Positions 52,007 to 64,000 of a stretch of DNA of 64,000 bases are shown piece by piece; position 1 is the stretch's first letter, and the number at the start of each line of letters is the position of its first letter. This DNA comes from Cystobasidiomycetes sp. EMM_F5 (lineage: Eukaryota), in NCBI GenBank assembly GCA_051047955.1, contig JBPGPT010000033.1:1-64000 (forward strand). The letters run 5' to 3'. A program made the translations under genes and the position numbers. The notes beneath the pieces are model-generated. The model was not told the DNA's origin, did not search any database, and saw nothing but the letters and a program-made list of their open reading frames with translations.

Positions 52007-52018
52007 ATAATTAATTAT
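52007..52018. promoter_or_regulatory. AT-rich palindrome at the centre of the bioDA / AP-3 beta divergent promoter
   Basis: ATAATTAATTAT is its own reverse complement. Its centre (52012.5) is the midpoint between the ATGs at 51954 and 52071. Confidence 0.45.
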
Positions 52019-52070
52019 CAACTTGGCTTGCCATTTCTCGGATTCCCACAAAGTCACCACCAACAATGCA

Positions 52071-55031
52071 ATGGACCTCAATTCACTGCAGACGACGGCA
52101 CTGCGTCTCTCTGCCAGGCTGAGCGAAAACCTGAGCGAGACTGCCAGAGATTTGGGTTTGTCTGGGCTGGATGCCGCCAGCCTGGCTGGAGCCGGCTCAG
52201 CTGGAAAGTACTTGGAAGACGGGGCAGTCGTCACTGAAGATGGTGTCCGCGAGACAAAGAAGCTGCTCGAGTCGCGCAGAGAAGCGAGCGTCGCCGAAGG
52301 TCTTCGCAGAGTTCTGGCTGTACGTGCTGCGAACGCACAAAGTGTATGCGCAACGCAAGCTTACGACACTGATATCGCCAGATGATGCTCAAAGGCCGCT
52401 CCGTCCTCACATTCTTTCCTCAGGTCGTGCAATGTCTCTCTCTGTCAAATGCGTCTGGCGCGTCATCGAATCTACAGATTAGATCTCTGGCGTCTCTGTA
52501 CATAGTACGACAAGCTGCCCTCGAGCCGGATCTCGCTCTCCTGCCCGTCAATGTCTACCAAAAGGATCTGCGAGATCCGAATCCCGTCGTTCGCGCACTC
52601 GCGTTGCGTACGCTGGCCGGCATGGGACTTGACAGCATTGCAGCTCTGGTCTTGATGAGTGCAAAGACCGCGTCACGCGACACCAATTGGCTAGTGAGGA
52701 GAGCTGCTGCCGAGGCTCTCGTCAAACTATACATGTACGTGTGGGCTGGCGACCTGTCAGGAATTTCCGATTGAAGAAAGATATTCGCACAGGCTGGACG
52801 CAATAAATCTACCGAGCTTGATACCGATCCTCGAAAGCCTTCTGACGGATCGACATGCACTTGTACTCGGTAGCGCCTTGTCAGCCTTCAACAGCATCTG
52901 CCCAGATCGCATCGATATTTTGCATTCAGAGTACCGACGTATATGTCGGTCGCTAGTGGATATAGACGAATGGAGCCAGGTGATAGTACTTGGAGTCCTT
53001 GAGCGCTATGCTCGACTTGAGTTCGCAGACCCGGCTATCGTAAAAGTCGGTCGGATTCGGACGTCTACAATTATGTCGTACTGATGAACCTCTGATGTAC
53101 ATCCTCTCAGACCAATCCCGATCTTGACCTGCTTCTAAAATGCGTCGAGCCGCTGTTCTACAATAATAATCCAGCCGTACTTCTCGCGGCTGTGCGAGTT
53201 ACTTACCGCCTTGGACCAGCAAGTCAGCGCTCAAAGATTGTAGCGCCCCTGCTTCGATCTCTGCAGAATCCGCCAGAGATTCAAGCTATTGTTCTTGCCA
53301 ATATTGCAATTGTGGCTTCAGCCTATCCGGTAGGTTTGTCAGTCTCGAACCCTTGAAAAGGCTTATCCGATACACCGCAGACACTCTTCGGTCAACAGGT
53401 GCATCGTTTCTACATCATTCAATCAGTCGATTCTGCGTCAATTCGCAGCCACAAACTGCAAATTCTGGCCTCCTTGGTCAACAATCAGAATATTCGTACA
53501 GTCCTTGCCGAATTGAGGGTGCGTCAGTCGAGACTTAGGACGCGGACGCCACTGAGTACGATATTCGACTGCGCAGGAATATATCAAGTCAACAGATGCG
53601 AATTTTGTGGAGGAGGTCGTCGATGCCATCGGCCAATGTGCCCTGCGCATAGCAAGTGTGCGACCTGAGTGCATGAAAGTCCTTCTTCATCTCGCTGTTG
53701 GAGTGGAAAGTCGTGCGTCCATTCATATCATGTGGTTTCGAAAGGCATAGCTGACCTCTGTAACAGGACAAGTTGCTTCCCAGGCACTGGTGCAATTGCA
53801 TGTGCTGTACAAAGCTGCTACAGCAGAGGAAATGTCCACGCCCGCATACACGGCTGCGCTTGCTCGTCTCGTATTAGCATTTCACAACAGCAGAATGCCG
53901 CTGCCAGAGACACAAGCTCAACTCTTCAGCTTGCTGGCCGAATTCGTACAGCTATTTGGAGAAAATTTGGCTGGACCAATCGATGTACTGCGAGTTGCTC
54001 TCAAGTCGTTTGCAAGGCTAGTCAGTTGCGCTTTGCTTAGACACCTTCACATCTTCAGCACGTCACTGACAATCCTGCCATAGAGTGAAAATGCCAAGAT
54101 TGCACTGCTCCTGCTCTCAGCGAGGCTGGTTGTAGCGGTCGCAGCCTTACATGGCCCGCCAGCCTACTTGCTACAAATGCAACATCTGCACGAGTACGCA
54201 AGTGCGCTTGCTCGTTTCGACCCTTCTTGGAGCATCCGGGATGTGAATCGCCTCCTCTCGAGCATGATTCAGCAGGGCGCTTACTTGCCGGACGAACTCG
54301 CGAACGGTCATGATGCAGAGGCTCAGATGGCTTTCAGCAGGGGAGAAAAGGTAGCCTCCAACAACAACACCGCAAATGGAGTGGATATAAATGGAGTGGA
54401 TATAGCAGAGAAAATACCACATGTCAGAACTTTGATCACCACGGTATTGAAAGCGCGCTCTGTACCATCCTCTACGCAAAAAGGTCAGGCGGACGGATCT
54501 GCTCTCAATCACACTTTACAGCTGGTTGGATGGCCCGCTCTTCCGGGCTGGAACACAAAACCTCCTCAGCACACGATGCGCGAACCTGCATTCAGCCACG
54601 AGGAAACCGAAAGCTTCAGAGACGCCGAGACCAGCGGACGTATCGGCTCCGGCTCAGTCAAAGCTGCTTCTTCCCGAAGGAAAGTGCCAGAGACTGCGGT
54701 CCGGCGCGAGAAAGTTGTACTCATCCCTACCGAGCGCGATGAATATTACGGCGCACCCAAAGCAAGAAACCTTCAGTCTTTCTTGGACGAGTCCGATGAG
54801 GACAGTCGTGCTTCCCCGAAGGACGTGCGGCAGATTGATTCCGACTCGGGCACTAGCAATGAAGAGTCGGAGTCTGATGCAGTCAGCGAGGACGATGAAG
54901 ACGAAGAAGACGAGAGTGAAAGCGGGGAGAGCGATGATGATGAAAACGAGCACAGTCAAGGCGGAGAAAGGGAGTCATCTAAACCTTTGATGCCAGTGAC
55001 AAGCGGCAACCGACTGCAAGGCAGTAGATGA
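52071..55031 (+). CDS. APL6: AP-3 adaptor complex beta subunit
   Basis: Adaptin-N motifs EPDLALLPVNVYQKDLRDPNPVVRALALRTL, CPDRIDILH..YRRICRSLVDIDEWSQ, DLDLLL, ARFDPSWSIRD. Acidic C-terminal region. Confidence 0.88.
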
Positions 55032-55146
55032 AGAGTAGAAAGACGTCAGCAGGGCAGTGTCTCGTAGTGCTTTGTCGTTGTATTATTTATTTTTCTGACT
55101 ATCGAGTTCGTTCAACTTGAGCGTGGCTCCCTCTGACCGCACCAAC

Positions 55147-55861
55147 ATGGCTACAATACCGTCGAGGCTAGCAAAGGTCGCTACTGCATCCGGTGAGACT
55201 ATCGAATGACAGGTCATGCTTCCATTGTGCTGACCGTGCGGCTCCGTTGACGTTCTGCAGGCAGCTGGCCTGTCGCTCAAGCACGGTCACGAGCCTTGTA
55301 CCGGACATGGTGGAGGTGAGGCTGGAGCAGGCTGCGTTTGGGCTATGCACTTTATGTCCACATCAATGATTCCGTCAGTGCTGAAACTGCTGGCTTTCTC
55401 GTCCGTGTCGATGCAACAGAGCCGCCCCAGAGATTGTGCAAGTCTACGCTGCCAACATTCCCGCAACAGCCGTGCGAGCGAGAATCCGTCAAAAGTTTGA
55501 GAAGAACAAGTACATCGACGACCTCGAAGCAGTGGACGTTCTCCTCCACAAGAGCTACGTTGATTTTCAAGAAACCATAAACTCATGGAAGATGGATACA
55601 CACTTTTACAACCTTTTCGCTCCAGAGGTGCGTTAACTCTCTGGGACCTGTCATCTAAGCTGAATCTGTCAAGTACGTGTTCATTCACAGTCCCCGCCAA
55701 ATCCAGGCAAGCTTGTCTCGGCTTGTGTCTAACAATGGATTGAACTGACATTTGTCTCTACATATACGCCTTGTATACCACCTGACACGCCCACAGTCAC
55801 ATTCATGGACAAGTTCTTGGAAGGCAGAAGCGAGGGAGAGGATGTGAGTCGTGGAGCGTAG
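55147..55861 (+). CDS. NDUFA6: NADH:ubiquinone oxidoreductase LYR subunit B14
   Basis: MATIPSRLA, ALYRTWWRAAPEIV, VRARIRQKFEKNKYIDDL..VDVLLHK, FQETINSWK, TFMDKFLEGR. 4 introns. Confidence 0.9.
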
Positions 55862-56141
55862 ATCGCTGGCAGTGTAGCAACAGGGCGAGGCTTGCACGCG
55901 ATAAATCGATCTGTACTTTGTGTTCTGCAACGTATACATAACATCATACCTTCATGCTTTCGTCTGCCTTTGATTGCCTCTGAGCCGAGCTTTTTTGGGC
56001 TTCGATGTACCGGCTTTCCGGTCTTCCAACATCTTGCCCAGAGCGAGAGCGCTGCATTTCAAAGAGGTGGGTGCAAAACAACACAGATCAAGTCAGAGGT
56101 GCGCACTAAGCTGTATCGTAGTCTGTAGCAACCAGCGGGAA

Positions 56142-57104
56142 ATGTAAGTTTGTGGGATATTGTTGACAGGGTCATCACCCCCTTTGGAGGAACGGCGCTC
56201 TTTATTCCTGTACTAACGTCGGCATCGCACTCCGTAGGAGTTCTCGACGCACGACTCTCTTTGTCGCTGGCTTCGGCCAAAACTTACGGGCGAGAGATCT
56301 AGCATACGAAGTGGGTGGATTCTGATGCTGGCTTAGTAAACCAAACCGACATTGGAGTTGTTTTCTGATGTTTTTCTACAGTTTGAACACTTTGGAAGAC
56401 TCGTGCGTTGCGATATCCCTGCTCCAAAGAACCCAAATTCGAGAAGGTATGTATGTATATTCACCTTGCAGCGTTAAGGTCATATATTGCCTCAAGCAAC
56501 ATATGCCTCATAACATGAGCCGCTCTGATTCCTTGATTCCATAGCGGATACGCATTTGTGGAGTTTGAGAACGAGCGGGAGTAGGTTTCAAGCAATTCCA
56601 TTGGTAGTCTACGAAGTAGTGACAAGCGAACTCGACACTTACTACAGCGCGGAGGACGCATACTACGAGCTACACGGCCGGAGTCTCGAAGGACATCAAT
56701 TGACCGTCCAGGCAAGTCCAGCTTCCAGTCATACGTTTGATTACAATTGACCATTCGCAAACTTACATTTTCAGTGGGCAAAGAATGCACCTTCAACGAA
56801 TTGGCGATACGAGAGGCGTCGCTCCGGATCTCCTCCCCCTCGACACGGTGGATATGGCAGCAGCAACGACCGCGGTCGTGATAATGATACTTCCTCCAGG
56901 CGCCGCTCGAGGTCCCCTCCGCCCAATCATAGCAATGGCAGAAGCGACGACAGAAGAAGATCTGCTTCACCAGCTCGGAAGTCGCCGCCAAGACAAGAGG
57001 CTACTCATGCAGGCACCACACGATATCGCCAGGAGCAGAGTCCCGAAGCTGTTGATGACAGTAGGAGAGATGCAGATCAGCGAAGCCCAAGTCCGCGACG
57101 CTGA
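56142..57104 (+). CDS. SR-type pre-mRNA splicing factor (Srp1-like, single RRM + RS/RD tail)
   Basis: [55 protein letters not shown], RSRSP repeats. The start codon is split AT|G by an intron. Confidence 0.88.
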
Positions 57105-57306
57105 AAGATGGTCACTACATGAACCACTTAGGCATTGGTAGATTCGCAGTCGTGAAGTTTGCACGCTCCCCACGGATTGTGCGGAAATCAACGAGCTGGC
57201 AAGCAGATCCAGCCTGTAGCAGGTGTTTAGAGAACTAAATACGCTCATGGGCGGTCAATAGGAATACATAGCGCTACATGATTGAGAGAACAATCGCGAG
57301 TTCATG

Positions 57307-60300
57307 CTACATTTCGTTTATGATGCCTGCTAGCAATCGAAGTTGTGGTAAAGTCCTTTCATTGGCTTGTGAAGGCCCAAGTTCTACTATCAGCGCACTG
57401 ATAATCTCTTGGCATTGCGGAGTGAAGACCCCAAGTCCCGTCAGATCTCTTTTGGATTTCAGACCATCGTGATAGTCGCGCATAGCTGCTAACATCGCGC
57501 CCAGCCAGCGGTGAATAAGAGTTCGGTTAATCTTGTCAATCGAGATTCTCTCAGCAAGGACGGCTGCATAATCTACATCGTCGGCAAGCCCGATTCCGGG
57601 AGCCGGTGCCGTTAAGACCAGTTTGCAGTTTCGAAATATTGCTGTACGCAGAGTTAGCGGTGCCGATCGCAAACATTCAGATCCCTTTAGCTACTGACTA
57701 CGTAGGATTGGCAATCGAAGCCGTTTGATGGCATTTGCCGACACATCGTAGGCTCCAGTCACTGCGTCTGTGCTGAATGGCAAGCGCTGCCAGAGTATGA
57801 AGTCCATATCTGCATTGAGAAGATCCGTGAGGAAAGTTGCCACGGCAGGTCCGTCTGTAGCTGTTGCGAGCATGCGAATGAGTATTTCAACGAGTTCGTC
57901 TCGAAAGGGTTGAAGAGATGCTGGGTCTGCATGCAGCATTGTTCGAGCGAAATGTAATCCAATTTCGTACCGGGATTTCACATCCCCAATGCGATGCCAT
58001 GATTCCTTGCCAAATTCACCCATATAGTATGACCAGTCCTACAGGGTGGCTGCTTCAGTCGTGCATCACATCAGTCGCCATACTGCGACTCACCCTTAAA
58101 CCGTTTTGAACTGTTGCAGCGACGGAAAGAACCCAAACCTCTACCAAATCCGAAACGTAGGCGCTGCGGTCTGGGATATCGGGTACTCCAGTCTGCTGTC
58201 CGAGATTTGTGACATGTATGTTGGACAGCAGACGATAGACGGCCGGGGACAGATGATCTCTTACAAACTGCGGCAGGTTAATCAGTGATGCAAGCTTATT
58301 ACATGTCCGAAAGAGCCTACTTCGGCATAAGCCAGATCCTTCTGTTTGCCGTCGTTGGCGGTCTTCTCTGACGGCTCAGTACTCGTCACGGCAGGTACAA
58401 GACCCAAAACGGCGGTCAGGGCCGGATCGTCGTAGTCAAAGTCAACATCCCCGTATTCATCCTGGCTCTCACTCTGAGCAACGGTACGCGGGCGCGACGC
58501 CACATGCTTCTTCCGCGCATCGCAGTAGTTACGCAGTAATTGAAGAATTTGTGAGCCGACGACAGGATCATGAGCCATGGGCGATTCGAGAATTGCGGTA
58601 GTCCATGCTGCATATCGTTCAGCACAGAGAGAGAACATCATGACGTCGTGCTCTCACCTGTATTCAGATACGCCAGGTCGGGGTAAGCAAAAAATTCTCC
58701 ATCCGTTGCAGACGTAAGAAAGGTACCAGCACAGCCGATTACCAGACCAGCCAGCAGAGCAACCTCGGTCATCTCGGCATTTACAGGTTGCAAATCTGCT
58801 TGTCGGAGCGGGACAGCGGTGCGCGCAGAGGTCGCGCCGTTCTTCTCTCGTGCCGCGAGCTTGCTCGTGTGGTCTGACAAAGGCATCAAAAGGCGATTTC
58901 TCTGCCTTGCTAGCCCAAGATACTTGACACGCAACTCATCGCAAAGATCACCCAACCATGACAGTAATGGCTCGTTGCTAATTCCGTTCCTTTGCCAGGC
59001 CAAGCCGTAAAGCAGGATGGCCTTAACGCATTCCTGCCGAGCGCGTTTGTCTGATGCGGAGAAGTTGAGGAGAGCTTTGAAGCGTGGTAAGCGTTTCTCG
59101 GCCGTGGAGGGGTCGACAATAGCTAGCAAGACGTATATTGAGTAGTGATTAATGAGAATTGACTTGTGCTTCCGTATGATACCGGGGGCCACCGTTCGCG
59201 GATATGAGAGAGCTTCACGCATCGGAATGACCCGCATCGCAAGCCTCGTAAACATGGTCCCGCTCGATTTATCTCCCGAAGTCCTGCTCTCGGTAGCTGC
59301 CTTGGCCAACATTCGTAAGAAAATGGTGAAAATGGTGTCATCGGTCTCCACGGTCGGGGAGATGCTGGCAGCGGGTGCGGACAGGAAAGACGGATAAGAA
59401 GGTTCGCCATCGATCGACAGGTCTTGCAACTCCCGCGCGTTCAGAATGTCAAATAACTTGCCAAAGAGCCTAGTTTGGGGTAGTATTGGCCACAACCACC
59501 GACCTGACATGGTCAGGCACCGTGCAAATAGACACCACAAGTATCGACTGGTGCGCCTTCGATTCGTACTAGACATAGTCGGAAACTGTTTGTGGAGTTC
59601 GGATGGCTTGATTGCATCTAAGGCATCTGTAATGAAATCCCAATGAGACGAGAGACAGGGCTCTGCTCGACACAAGCCTGTTTGACCAAATTGCGACAAA
59701 GCAGACAGTGTGATGGCAGTATGGCAAGCGAGCTCATTAAGTAAGATAGGCTGTATGCTTGTCTGCTGGGCGTTTTGGTGTAAGTGCTCGCTTATTGTCC
59801 GCCATAGTGTACCGTGCGTAAGTAGCTTGCGCGAAGCATGACCCTCCTCCGTAGAGCACATATGTATCAAAGCTACCCAAATCTCGCATGTCAATTCATC
59901 GACATGCTCGCGGTGTTCGGCGTTGACCAGAGCGCGCAAAGTGGCAGCCGTTCGCTTCAGGCCCAGAGCCAGAAGCTTCCGCACAATTTGGCCGAGAGCT
60001 GACGCAACGTCCGCCGCAGCTGCGTCGTGGCTGGAGACAGGCTGTTCTTGAACATGGGCGTCAAGGTAATTCCGGTACGATAGAGTGAAGTTTAGGTAAT
60101 TCCATGGCAGCAAGGCTTGTATAAGGTCACGCCAATTTTGCTCCTCGGCAGCAGTAAGCTCGATCCATTGCTCGAGGCGCTTTGAAGTCTTGGCCAATTC
60201 ACCGAGTATGGTCTCTCTTGTATTGATACTCACTTTGCCAACATCGAAAGCGTATCTCGACACGAAAAACAGAACCTCCACGACAGAACCGCTTAACGAG

Positions 60301-63300
60301 ACTGGTACTGGGAGCGATGTGATTTCGCAATACATCTGTTCGCAAAGACGTGGAAGAAAGGTCATAAAATCGTTCTCACACATGCTACCATCAAGATGGA
60401 TTCCGAATGGTGAACAAGAGTAGTTCTCAGGTGTGATCCCCTGATCAGGTTCAGCGTGACTGAGGGTTTCATGCAAGTGTCCCTTGCCAATAAATGTGTG
60501 GGGAGCAAACACTATACCAACAGGCAAGCGCTGCAATCCGAAATCGAACGAGAATCGTGAGAATGCGACAGCCTGAGTTTTCCATGCCTCCGAATGTGCA
60601 GTTGCGGTGGATAGCGGAGTTGTTGGTGCTTGATGCACACTTTGCACAGGCAGTGGATTGAGTTTGCTGCCATCGTTTTGCTCTTTCGGTCTGCGCGGCA
60701 AGTTGCGGGACGAACCGTGAAATTCGTTTCGGATGGGTAGCGCAGAAAACAGAGCCTCATCCGTGTTCAGATGAACTGGTGGGACATAGTACACATCTAG
60801 ACGACTTTGTTTTGGGCGAGTCTGGCTTTGCCTTGAACGATCTTCGGCATGCTTGAGTTGTGAGTTCTTTGACGATACCCGGCTAGAAGGGCGCTTCGTT
60901 TTCCGGCGACGAAGACGGCTCACTGAGCTCGCCTCACCACGCATGAGAATTTTACCGATCACATTGTTCCAATAAGACTTGCTCGACTGCTTGATCGATG
61001 TCTGATTGGCCCATGTGTGGGCGGCTTGTCGAATTTCAATTTCACTTTCATCATCTTCTCCCCCGTGCTCGGGATCCGGCGCACTATCGGACTCGCTGGT
61101 CGTTTGGTCACCTATGAATCTGATAGGTCTGCGTGCACCTGAGCGGTTGATACGCACGCGGGCCACGGCCGGGTCGTCGGACTCATTCGGCGCACCATTT
61201 TCATCGTTGTCATCCAACTCAACGATCTCCTGACGTATTCTGCCGCTTTTCTTCTCCTTACGCATCAGCTCGAGATCTTTCTCTGCCTTTTTAACCCATG
61301 CAGCCGGCATCATCCCGCGGATTGCCCGCTTCCGTTTGCCGGCCAGAGCAAATCTATCATCAGGTATTGCTTCGGCTCGCGGTCTCTCAGGACTCTCGCC
61401 ATCATGAGCAACCGAAGAGTCGCTTTCTTCGTCCGAAATGTCGATTGTGTTTCGCGGATGGCTGTCTTCTACTAGCTCCATTTCATCGGAATCGAATTGT
61501 CGACTACGACGGTGACCAGAATCTCTCTTTCGCTTACCAGAGACTGGCGCATACTCTCGAGTAAGTGCCGCGTCATGCGAGCTGCTTCTCGAGCGTCCGG
61601 TCACGATTCTGACTGGTGACGAGGAAGGAGGCTCGCTACCAGCTCTCATTGGACTACTAAGTGTCCTTCCGCCGTCTTGCCGGTATCTTGACGCTTCGGT
61701 TGATGGACCCGAGCGAGAAGTACTTTTCTTTCGAGCCGCCGCTTTCCTTGCCGCGATCGCGTCTTCGACGGTAACAGCCGAAGTTGATTGCTCCGGCAAC
61801 GGTGCCATTTCATATTCATACTTGCGCCGCTTTCTCCGTTTTCGTCTTTGCTCGTCCTTATACCGTCGTTGTTGCGGACTTGGCAGATCCAGTATCAAAA
61901 TCTCGTTGCCGTTCGATGACGGATGCCTTCCTCGACCTGTGCATTGGAGTCAGTGGCCGCCTCGCCTTGATAACAGAATACCAACCTCTGCTCATATCAT
62001 CGCCGCTTTCCGATTCCGACGACGAGTACGGGCTGGCTCGCTTTACAGCTGCGGGGCCATCACTCTCGTTCTCGGCATCAAGCCTTCTACTTTGCACAGC
62101 AATTCCAGCATTCTCTGTTTCGTGTTGCGCTAGAGGCCTTTGGCCACTATCCAACTCCAGCCATCCGCCAAGATCGTCAACGGGTCTCTGCTTTTGCGCT
62201 TGCTTTCTCGCTGCTCGTTCCTCGGGCGTCTCTGTCCTTCCATGCAGATTCAGGCCGTCTGTGATGATGATGCCACCCCATTGGTTGCGCATTGCATGGT
62301 TTGCAAAGCGCGAGAATTCCGTAGTGTAAGGATTCAGTTGCACAGCAGTACGTTTGCGGAGGGCCCGTGCACCATGCTGATTCTCTTCCTCGTGCACAAC
62401 GTCAATGCTGCGCTCGGACAGCGGTAAGTCGGCAGCAGCATGCTCTTGAGTCTCGTTCTCTGGATGCTGACTATCGATCAAGACCGGTGAAAAGGGTCGC
62501 TCAGGCTGTACTGAGGACTGTGTGTGTTCGGGAACAATCGAAGCTTCTGCATTTGCTATGCGAGCGGAGCGTGTTGTGACTTGGACGACATCTGAGTCGT
62601 CGCTGGACAGACTTGCAGGACTGAGCGAACGACGGGTCTGTAGCTGTTGAGGCTGTCGACTTCGCCGAGCTATTTCGCTGAGAGACGGAAGATCGTCTGA
62701 AGATGCTGATTCCCTCCTAATGCGACGTTCCTGTAGATCATCAGAAAGCCGTCTCGAAGGTTGTATATTGATGTCATTCGGCGATGTACCGTTGACCTTG
62801 GTGGGCTCGCTTCCAAAATCATGCACAGGTTTATATTGGGCAGGGTCATGCGAAGATGTCAATGGTTCATTACTAGCGCCAATATATGGAGTTGCCGGTG
62901 AAGGCGCGGGTTGTCCGACTGGGAGATTGAGTGGATCCGGGGATGATGAGCGTGCATCAATATAGGCGTTTTGAAAGAGCGGAAGCGTGTGGGAAACATT
63001 TGTCTCGACATGTGTCTGTGGATGCACGTCAAGGCCAGTTTCAATCAATGATTTGTCGCCTTCGTTCGGCTGAAAAACAAATAAATGAGTATGATACGCT
63101 ACCAGCGAATGTGAGCGGTCTTTACCTGATCGCCAGCTTCAAGCGCGAGCGCAATGTCTGTCCCCGATAGCGATGCGTCCACCAGATTCCAATATGCGTC
63201 TTCCTGCAGCCCGGCCAAATGCTCCAGTCCTTCTTCGTCGTCAGAATCGTTTACGACCTGCGTGTCGCTCGTTTCAATGACCGCATGTTCCCAGAGCATC

Positions 63301-63323
63301 GGCGCATCGTGCATGCTGTCCAT
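57307..63323 (-). CDS. MMS22: Mus7/MMS22-family replication-fork repair protein
   Basis: RALRKRTAVQLNPY, IRGMMPAAW, FSFDFGLQRLPVG..FAPHTFIGKGHL, RCLTMSGRWLW, LINHYS, LNFSASDKRAR. Large multi-exon gene. Confidence 0.78.
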
Positions 63324-64000
63324 GACATTGCGAGCAGTGTACTCCTCGCGGCGTTGGTTGGGTTTACACGCCTTGGTGGAAAAGGATACGAGTCGCGTAA
63401 TTTCCGATTATTTAAAAGGAGAATGTGGCAAACAGTCAACAGACGCTTTCTACGCGTAACTAGCCATGATGGGGTTGGGTGAGTGGTGCAGTTACATGGA
63501 ATGAACGAGACTAACGATACACTTGTGTAGGCGACTCTTGAATGCACAGCCGGACTCTGATTGGACTTTGCAACTCGCTAGCCTCACTTCAAATCTCCAA
63601 GCCTTCTCTCACAGGCTTATTTTCAACTCGTCTACTCGCTGCGCGCTTCATCTCCATGACACGACGGGTGATGGACCAGGTATCGCGGAGGAGGACAAGG
63701 AGTGCACCTCCCAGAACGTTCCTCCACCACACAGGATCGATCGGTGGTCGCGAAATCTGACCAAGGGTCGTCCACGAAGTGGTCGGCACGGCAGTGCGCA
63801 GCATACTGATTCCGAGCAACTTGCCGAGAAATCCATTCCCGCCCTTTTGCCTCTGCGCTAGCCAAAACAGGAGTGATCCCGTCGTAGCGGCCATGCCGGG
63901 AAAGAGAAGCGATGTTGCGAGAAGCTTGACACTTGAGGAAGTAGTAAGTATGACGCGACGACCCTCTACTCCCAAATGAGCTGTAAAATCCGCCATCTCG

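Noticed and set aside
51998..52015. Vhr1 biotin-response element (AATCA-N8-TGAYT) in the bioDA promoter
   Set aside because: The second half reads TTAAT (mismatch), and Vhr1 is known from Saccharomycotina.
56448..56480. Possible poison micro-exon (CAG|CGTTAAG|GT) in the SR gene intron
   Set aside because: The upstream intron would be only about 25 nt, too short to be credible without reads.
61858..61990. Apparent frameshift in MMS22
   Set aside because: A short GTTGGT..CAG intron at about 61982-61938 restores the frame.
63523..64000. Short ORFs at the window end
   Set aside because: They may be the start of a gene divergent from MMS22, but no frame or product can be supported from this fragment.

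Overview
Gene-dense, intron-rich fungal DNA. The window holds about 27 protein-coding genes, most introns are about 45-100 nt, and many divergent promoters are only 100-170 bp. Gene content and a fatty acid synthase beta chain that stops after the AT+ER domains point to a basidiomycete, probably Pucciniomycotina (inference). Recognisable genes: FAS1 (5' end outside the window), VTC4, NOP9, a PMC1-type Ca2+-ATPase, a PEX26-like peroxin, a PCD1-like CoA Nudix hydrolase, RFC5, a Gfo/Idh/MocA oxidoreductase, RTF2, bioF (ends in PTS1 -ARL), F-box proteins, an MP88-like GPI mannoprotein, an arrestin-like protein, DSS1/cyt-4, a rhodanese-DSP MAPK phosphatase, an EthD protein, an EEF1AKMT4-like methyltransferase, bioDA, AP-3 beta, NDUFA6, an Srp1-like SR protein and Mus7/MMS22. 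I found no transposon, tRNA, rRNA or CRISPR array. Best leads: (1) a hidden 3-exon, 118-aa double zinc-finger-like gene ending in PTS1 -AKL, next to PEX26 and PCD1, inside a loose peroxisome/acyl-CoA/biotin neighbourhood; (2) unusual splicing: a candidate GA-AG intron, at least five GC-AG introns, 9-10 nt micro-exons inside conserved motifs, a split start codon, and two repeat-expanded AG-free introns, one with an array of branch-point motifs. All gene models were spliced by eye and all family calls come from motif recognition, with no database search.
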